From Octopus vulgaris (taxonomy: Eukaryota), in NCBI GenBank assembly GCA_951406725.2, contig OX597819.1, positions 39,556,001-39,620,000 of the forward strand: a stretch of 64,000 nt of DNA, written 5' to 3'. The stretch's first letter is position 1, and the number at the start of each line of letters is the position of its first letter. Of the stretch, positions 55,831-64,000 are shown in pieces. The position numbers and the translations under genes are program-made. The notes below the pieces were generated by a model that saw only the letters and a program-made list of their open reading frames with translations, had not been told where the DNA came from and ran no database searches.

Positions 55831-55879
55831 AGATGATGATGATGGTGATCATGATCATCATCATAATAAAAATAATAAA

Positions 55880-55947
<68 letters not shown>

Positions 55948-55975
55948 TGATGATGATGATGATGATGATGATGTG
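55573..55975. repeat. (CTA)n/(CAC)n/(AAT)n/(GAT)n compound microsatellite
   Basis: Directly visible. Confidence 0.92.
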
Positions 55976-56222
55976 TTCTTTATTCGTTACTAAGACATGG
56001 ATGAGAGAAAATATACAGATGAAGCACAAAAATAGTCCGGTTGTAGGGTGAACGGCGGAGATCATATCGTGTGTGGACTTATAAATGCCGCCCAAAGCAA
56101 AACACAAATATGAAATTATATGCATGTATGTATGTATGTATGTATGTATGTATGTATGTATGTATGTATGTATGTATGTATGTATGTATGTATGTATCTA
56201 TGTATGTATGTATGTATGTATG

Positions 56223-56254
<32 letters not shown>

Positions 56255-56256
56255 GT

Positions 56257-56458
56257 TAATCCAAACATGAAAGTACAAAAAAATATAACAACGCGAGGAC
56301 GTGGAACAAATATAGTATTATTGGACGCTCAGGAAAGAAGGAAAGAAGGAAGGTTCAACGTTTCGAGCGGAGCTCTTCGTCGGAAACATGGTAGAAGGAA
56401 AGATCCAGAGAAGGGAAGACAGAGGAAAAAAAATCGCCAACGGTACACACGCGGTCAC
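56257..56458 (-). mobile_element. Penelope-like terminal fragment (family of 20712-20915)
   Basis: Minus strand GTTT-CCGACGA-AGAGCTCCGCTC-GAAACGTT-GAAC, with a U>C change in the core; embedded in (TATG)n. Confidence 0.6.
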
Positions 56459-57045
56459 GTATGTATGTATGTATGTATTTATGTATTTATGTATGTATGT
56501 ATGTATGTATGTATGTATGTATGTATGTATGATTGTGTATGTATGTATGTATGTATATTTGTATGTATGTTTGTATGTATGTATATGTGTGTGTATGTAT
56601 GTATGAGTGTGTATGTATGTATGTTTGTATGTATGTATGTATGTGTGTGTGTGTATGTATGAGTGTGTATGTATGTATGTTTGTATGTATGTATGTGTGT
56701 GTATGTATGTGTGTATGTATGTATGTATGTATGTATGTATGTTTGTATGTATGTGTGCATGTATGTATGTATGTATGTATGTTTGTATGTATGTATGTTT
56801 GTTTGTATGTATGTATGTATGATGTATGTGTGTCTGTGTGTATGCATGTATGTGTGTATGTATGTGTGTATGTATGTTTGTATGTTTGTATGTATGTATG
56901 TTTGTATGTATGTATGCATGTATGTGTGTATGTATGTGTGTATGTATGTTTGTATGTTTGTATGTATGTATGTATGTATGTATGTATGTATGTATGTATG
57001 TATGTATGTTTGTATGTATGTATGTATGTATGTATGTATGCACGA
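56459..57045. repeat. degenerate (TATG)n
   Basis: Directly visible. Confidence 0.92.
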
Positions 57046-57063
57046 GTGTATGTACGTGCGAGC

Positions 57064-57352
57064 AGGTGTAGAAGTGTGGCTGTGTGGTAAGAAGCTTGCT
57101 TTCCAACCACATGGTTCCGGGTTCGGTCCCAAGGCATAACTCCTTGGACAAGTGTATTCTACTATAGCCTTGAAATTGTTTAATAACTGGCGTTGGTGTT
57201 TTTATGTCCCCGTAACATTGACAGTTTGGCAAAAGAGGCCGATAGAATAAGTACCAGGTTTAAAAAAATAAAAACAATAAGAACTGGTGTCAAAGGCAGT
57301 GCCCCAGCATGGCCACAGTCTAATGACTGAAACAAGTAAAAACTAAAAGATA
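57064..57352 (+). mobile_element. SINE family A variant lacking the central microsatellite segment
   Basis: Head joined directly to the tail region. Confidence 0.75.
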
Positions 57353-57354
57353 AA

Positions 57355-58195
57355 CAGCTTTAGGTCAATCAATAAGAGATATCGACATCTTTGGCAGATT
57401 TTATATGGCAACTGAAGGAGGCTAATATGAAATACAACATTACTTGGTCCATAGTTAGACAGGCAAAACCATACAGTGCAATTACCAGGAGATGCCGTTT
57501 CTGCTCCGAGGGATCCCTGTCTATTCTGTGGACTAACGAAAAGATACTTATAAGAATTTCTGAAAGACTATCAAGATGCCTACACGCATATAAATGTACT
57601 TTTGCACAATGCAGTGAGAATTAATTTTGAGTAACCGTTAACTTAGTGAATTTTATTTTATTTTACTTTAAGGTATGGATGACTTAAGTTTATTTTTAAC
57701 CTCCCCGTTCTTCTAAACACCTACTAAATATCTAACTCGCTGTGTAATTATGAGTGTGCCTAACCTCACGTGTGGGTTTGCTCACATTTTTGCTAATGCT
57801 TGTAGGAGCGTGTATACTCGTGCTATACTGCTTGCCCGAGGGCGCTTATACATCCATATCGGTTAACGGTTATTTTCAATACTTTTCTCGCTGGATTAAG
57901 TGTTCGTTTCTCTCTTTGTTTTCTGCAATTTTATCTTTGTATCTTATATATATATATATAATGAATTTTCCTCCTTCTGGCTGTTTTTCTCTCTACAAAA
58001 CGGGAAGTTGCATTATGGAACAGTCATTTTAACGAGATTTTTAAAATTTATTTATCCTCCGACAAGATACGTCTGCACCACAGGATACTCCTGAACTAGT
58101 TTTTGTGTGTCCTGCAAGAGGAGATGATGCTAATGTGTCGAAATAATTGTTGTGATTAATAATATATTCTCGTATATTCCATCTTCTGTCTTTCA
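57355..58195 (+). mobile_element. Penelope-like element 3' end: GIY-YIG endonuclease C-terminal remnant plus 3' UTR
   Basis: STSLADFIWQLKEANMKYNITWSIVRQAKPYSAITRRCRFCSEGSLSIL...RISERLSRCLH matches the recalled PLE endonuclease pattern; 3' boundary uncertain. Confidence 0.65.
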
Positions 58196-58199
58196 TTTG

Positions 58200-58417
58200 T
58201 TATATATATATGTGTGTATCTTTGCGTCTGCGTTTGTCCCCCCTCCACCGTCGCTTGATGTTGGCGTGTTTATATCCCCATAAAATAGCGGTTTGGCTAA
58301 AGAGAACGATAGAATAAATACTAGGCTTACAAAGAACAAGTACTGGGGTCGATTTGTTCGACTAAAAGGCGGTGCTCCGGCATGGCCGCAGTCAAATGAC
58401 TGAAACAAATAAAAGTA

Positions 58418-58461
<44 letters not shown>

Positions 58462-58502
58462 TACTTTTATTTGTTTCAGTCATTTGACTGCGGCCATGCA
58501 GT

Positions 58503-58542
<40 letters not shown>

Positions 58543-58812
58543 TACTTTTATTTGTTTCAGTCATTTGACTGCGGCCATGCCGGAGCACCGCCTTTTAGTC
58601 GAACAAATCGACCCCAGTACTTGTTCTTTGTAAGCCTAGTATTTATTCTATCGTTCTCTTTAGCCAAACCGCTATTTTATGGGGATATAAACACGCCAAC
58701 ATCAAGCGACGGAGGAGGGGGGACAAACGCAGACGCAAAGATACACACATAAATATATATATATATATATGCGGCGGGCCTCTTTCAGTTTCCGTCTGTC
58801 AAATCATTCACA
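58200..58812. repeat. fold-back inverted duplication of a SINE A 3' half
   Basis: About 58210-58415 is the reverse complement of about 58540-58750 with about 1 mismatch; an extra mini fold-back lies at 58460-58507. Confidence 0.9.
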
Positions 58813-58849
58813 ATGTTTTGCACACATACGAACGAAAACAAATATGGAA

Positions 58850-59480
58850 GGTCACGCCACGCATCCATTTCCGATGCGACTCTATTCTATACTGCTTTCT
58901 CCACCATAGTTTTCTCTCCCATTCTGCTCTTCTCTCTCATCTTTTCCTCTAGTTTCCTTTTTCTTCCCTTCACCGCTTTCTATTTGTCTCTCTCTCTCCC
59001 CTTTCGTTGCTCACACGTGACCAACGTCCATCTTTCTTTTCCTCACGTTATCATCTTTCTTTTTTGGCTGGACTGTCCTAAGGACTGGACGTATCCTGTC
59101 TCTCCTTTCTTTTCTCTTGTCAAAGAAAATATTTCTCCAGCATTCGCTATTTTACCCGCATTCTGGTCTAATGACTTTCCATGTTTGTTTTCGTTCGGTT
59201 TCTTTGTATGTCTCAACTGTCCTGTTCTTGTTCCCACCTTTGACCCTCCATAAATCCAAAATTCTATTTTGGCACTTATGGGAGCAGCTGTCTTAGAAGA
59301 CTCCCATTGTTGTTCAATGCACGAAATGAGGAGTAGACAGACGGCTAACAACTGATGAAGGGTCGTTCTTTGTATTAGTTATCCTGTTTTCCATTTGTCT
59401 CTATCGTTGTTTGCGTATTGAACTCATTTGTTTTCGTATTTCATGTTGTTTACTGTTGGTGATGTCCTGTACCCATATAT
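58850..59480 (+). mobile_element. possible Penelope-like 3' terminal fragment
   Basis: Pyrimidine-rich tract, CTGATGAAG at 59352, ends in (TA)n; weak. Confidence 0.3.
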
Positions 59481-59491
59481 GTATATGAATG

Positions 59492-59528
<37 letters not shown>

Positions 59529-62504
59529 GGTTGGTGTAATCGACTAACCCGCTCCCCCGAAATGCTTGTACTAAACTTTGAAATGAATATATGTATTATA
59601 AATATAGTGCTATCATTTTGATTTTTCCTTGTCTACATGCTACTTCTATGATTAAAATTAGTGTGATAAATTTCTAAACTTGGTGGGTTTTTAAAATTTA
59701 CTTTTCTTTAATGTATTCAAACAAACTCCATTGTAACCATCTTCTTTCTTTCCTGGACACAGTGAACCGAGGACAACAATATCTAATGTGCCTGCTTCTT
59801 CCAAACCGGTAAGGTGTGATTCGATGGACATTTGGTCACGTTTTTTTAAAACGCCAGCTCAAAAAGCCTTATAGAAGAAATCTTATTGGCTTTACTATTT
59901 TACGTTTGTCAGCGTGTGGAATCTAATTCAGATTTATTTCAATTATAGGAAGCTAAAAGAAAAAGCTGTAATTATAATTGAAATACGAAATAATTACACC
60001 GCGTTAATAAACTATTACGTTTATCAACATGGTAGTACTATTCCATATTTTAATCTATAGGTATAACTGTTTTTTAATATATTTTAATTAATCTCAGTCA
60101 TAATACTACAATTTTCTGAGATATCAATTTTTCTTTCTAAACTGAATTTTAACAATGAATAAATTCTTCGACATTTTTGCTTGCAATGTTATGTCTTTTC
60201 GCCTACAATTTTCTTCAAACTGAAAGCCATTCAAATTTAGTGAATGCGTTTAGATAAGGTGAATATAGTCATTTTTGCTCTATAGCTTACAATTTCTACT
60301 GCCAATTAGGAGTTAGTAAGGAAATTTTTATGAGGTCACTCGACCTGCAAGAAAAAGAATAATCAAATCTCTCTCTTGGAAAAATTACATATTGTATTAT
60401 GCAGTCGTAGGTATACAATGTCTAAGAGTAAGGCGAGATAGAATGCCTTATATCATCAGGCTTGACCAGGTGTTAAAAAACAAAACCAAGTGGCCTTTAT
60501 CTATATCTCTTCATTCAGTTCGTACAGATTTAGTGACTTTGTTTTAGTATTTCATCGGTTTCAGATATTGCACTGTGAGATTGCTAGAGCACTGCTTCAT
60601 TTTACTGCTGGAACCAGATTATGATCAAGAATGAGGAATAGAGAACAAACACTCACGACAAAATCTCAATCAAGAAATGAAAAACGGACCAATCACTAAA
60701 ATAAAATATGCAAACGAAAAGACACATTGAGGGTTTTAGATGCAAGTTTAGGATCCATAATAGATGTGGACGTAGTTCTGTTGTTTTGCTCAACGTTGGA
60801 TTCGTGTTTGATTATAATGCATCGCACCTTGATCGAGGTTTTTTTTTTACCATAATCTCGGATTTACCAACCCTTGCGCATGGAGTTTGGTAGACAAAAG
60901 CAATGTAGAAGTCCATCCGGAGGATATTTTTCTTTCTTGACGAGTGGACTTAGTCCATCGCCCGGTTTAACACCAGTCCTGGAGATCTTCTGTGAATCTA
61001 GCGAGAGTTCACTCTGTTGCAAGTATTCACATATCTGAGAATAACTTTCATACCTTTCTTAAATCCTGACCAGAGGCTCTGAAAAAGTTCACGGGTGCAG
61101 CCATGGTTTTTCTGACGAAGCCATAAAATTATTTTAAAAATTTTATTTGATTCAAGACATTAATACTTCTTGGTTGGCTTTGTTTTACCAAGTCAGTTAG
61201 ATGATTTGAACGTTGACACTGTTTCCTTCGTGATCAACTGTATATCATCTGTTCAACAGTAGACGAAAGAAATAACCGTCTCTAAGATATAACTAAATGT
61301 ATTGTATATAGAGAGAAGTAGTATAACTGGGGCATTATTATTTTGTTTTAGTAGCAATAAACACTCAGATATTACACTGATTTTGATTCGCAGAAACTTT
61401 TATTTCTAACACGAAGTGAGGCCTGGATATTTTGACGTTTTCCTTTATTTATTTGCTGGAATGGAGGAAAGTGTAATGCACACGGTCTCTTTAGACACTC
61501 CTTGACCAAGGGCACTGATATCATAAATATTTCATTTGAACCTTGTAAGTCAACACTTGGGAGAAAGTTATGAATAAGGGGGGTGGATTCAAAGGACCTA
61601 CGTTCTGCAAAGGAAGGACTGGGTGTAGTGATTAGCGCGGGATATGAGAACTGGACTCAACAAGGGAGATAAGAGGAGGAGAAACGAGTTGGACAAGAAT
61701 GATGAAATGGAGATTACATGAGCTCTATTATGATAGCGTTAAAGTCAGAGAGACACAGACAGACAGAAAGAGGGAGATATACAGACAGACAGAGACAGAG
61801 AGAGAAAAAGAGAGAAGGACGAGACAGAAAGAGAGAGGAGAAGAACGAGACAGAGAGAGAGAGAGACACAAAGAGAGACAGGGAAAGTGGAGAGATGGGA
61901 GAGAGAAAAAGAAGAGATAAAGAGGAGAGAGTACTCCCGTGAACCAGATGCTGCATCATGTTTGTGAGTGAATTTATGCTAATCATTCGGGTGGCTATTT
62001 TCTAGATGCAGTCAGGATGTCTGCGTGTGCAACAGTAGTACTGTCCCAGATGTTAATTGCTCATAGGGACACCGTTTTTCGTTATGCAACCGTGATACAT
62101 TACCAAGTATATTAAAGATTTATGAGTCAATACTGTGCTCCACGTCTGTTAGCAGTGCGGTTAAATCACTTTTTAAAGTTTTTCCTACTGTGCTGGCTAT
62201 AATTTTCGTAGAAAATCTGTAGAAGTAACTCTATGAAGTACGGAGTGGGAGCGCTAAGCAGTGATAAATATAAACGCTATGTTACTACCAGTCCACATAT
62301 GCTTGAGGCACGTTCAGACTGAAGAACTAGCCAATTCACTGTTTAGTCATGAAGAAAATTTTTCGCTGTAGAGAAATGGTGTGGATATACCTAGATCAGG
62401 TTGCAACGCGAGAGATGCCAGCATTTCAGAGTAGTTGTCTCCTCTTCGGTCACAGGTACCAGGCAGGTGACGCTGCGAACTGATCAAAGAGATTATTTCT
62501 TTTA

Positions 62505-63228
62505 CTAGCTGGCTCCGTGCCGTCAAAAATGACGGCTAATTGTAGTATTTTATATATAAATATGGATTGTAAATCAAATTAGTACACTTGTCAATGTTCA
62601 CATACTTCCCTTGTACATACATACACATACACACATATACTGACACCGAGTTAAAAGCCCTGTTTGATTTTTCTTTTTAGTGTTGATCGTTCGCCATCCC
62701 ACCAGTTTGCCATCACATCACCCCTTCCTTTCCCATTCATATGTTGTGAAGGAGAAAAACACAAGAGTATTACTATAGTAGATGCTATTTCAGTTACCGT
62801 ACGGTGACTGATAGCGCTATGCGACTGTTCATCGTAACTCTATAAAGTAACTCTATAAAATGTCCTAGATGTGGAAACAATACTCACTGTGGGCTTCACT
62901 GAAAGCTTTGTAAAATATCAATTTACCTCATCCATCGTAAACCCTGGAAATGTTGGTCCTTACTGCAATATGTAAATTACACAGAATTAAACAGAAACGT
63001 TTTTTTAAATCTATATGTTGTACAATAATACCAATGTCCATGAAATTTGGGTTTGCGACTTTGGTTTTCCAATTCTTGGTTGAGCGTTTTCACTTGTTCA
63101 TTGAACATTTCTTTCCGCCAGATACCACTTTTCACCCGTTATGTCTTTCTCAGATTATTTGGAATACAGTAGAAGCAAACCCGAGGGCGAATTCCACAAC
63201 ATAGTTCAGAGTTCATAAATGTATAGTA
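62505..63228 (-). mobile_element. probable non-autonomous Helitron
   Basis: Minus-strand 3' CTAG|T at 62505-62508 with hairpin GCCGTCA-AAAA-TGACGGC (62519-62536) 10 nt away; distal end uncertain. Confidence 0.55.
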
Positions 63229-64000
63229 ATAATATAAATACATATATGCAGTTATATATGTGCAAGTATACACACACGTGTATGCATGCATAAGCATAGA
63301 GACACAAACATATCCTCATTTTATTTATTTATTTATTTAATATTTATTTATTTATTACGATTCTTTAAATTTCTCCAGGGAAGAAAGAATCAGTTGGTCT
63401 GTAACAAATTTACACACACAAAAAAAAAATAATAATAATTAAAAGTGATCATATAATTAGATGGAATCAAATAATTAGATGGAGAATTTTTTAAATATCT
63501 TGCACATTTATTTCCGCTCGTCTTACAATTTGAATTTTCAAAACTTGTAATAAATTTTTATTTACTTTGTTTCGAGAATCTCAGTTGTTCGTAGTTTCTG
63601 CCGCCAAATTTACTGACAAAGTTTCCAGTAATCATAGGTACAAATGTGAACCTTTTGTAAGAGTACGAGAATAGCTGTCGGTTCTAAAGCAACTGTCAAT
63701 AATTGTTTCGTTTTTCCTATCGTCGTCTAATAAGATATTTTACATCTGCTTGTTAAAACTGTATTGACTGCAACAAAAATACAGGCTTTCCAAGATATAC
63801 GTAGGCGGTGTGGTTTAACACGACAATCTGACAGTTGGTTACCCTTAGTAAAGTTGAATTTGTTCCAAGCATTCAAACCAGATTTTATTTCCCCCTAACT
63901 CACGTGTTTCTAATCCAAATTGAACTATAGATGTCCATTTCAGTTGGGGGGCTCTGCAATGACCATAAATGCTGTTTCCTCACTGACTAACTAATAAAAA

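Noticed and set aside
58813-59351. 146-aa hydrophobic ORF and 102-aa antisense ORF
   Set aside because: They arise from a CT-rich low-complexity tract, probably a retroelement UTR.

Overview
This window is AT-rich eukaryotic DNA saturated with microsatellites ((TA)n, (CA)n, (TATG)n, (GATA)n, (AAT)n, (GAA)n, (CAC)n). The repeat landscape resembles an Octopus (coleoid cephalopod) genome; that is inferred from recalled repeat families, not from a database search. No intact host protein-coding gene, rRNA, true tRNA or CRISPR array can be supported, and nearly all ORFs in the track are microsatellite artefacts. The window is a transposon graveyard. DNA transposons: a nearly intact IR/DR-type Tc1 (DD34E) with one nonsense codon (18531-20132), a decayed intron-containing Tc1, a deleted Tc1, two mariner remnants, non-autonomous Helitrons, and Tc1, hAT and MULE-like MITEs. 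Retroelements: a decayed Gypsy, fragments of Tx1/L1, RTE, CR1 and R4/Dong LINEs, more than 30 tRNA-derived SINE copies from about four modular families (labelled A-D here), and several Penelope-like terminal fragments. The most notable signals are type I hammerhead-ribozyme-like cores in the Penelope-like fragments, the apparently revivable IR/DR Tc1, a Helitron whose terminal CTAG lies inside a perfect palindrome, a SINE fold-back palindrome, a MITE containing a SINE fragment, a nested-insertion hotspot in a 15-bp minisatellite, and two unexplained paralogous segments 53 kb apart. All translations and alignments were done by eye, so the ends of decayed elements are approximate.
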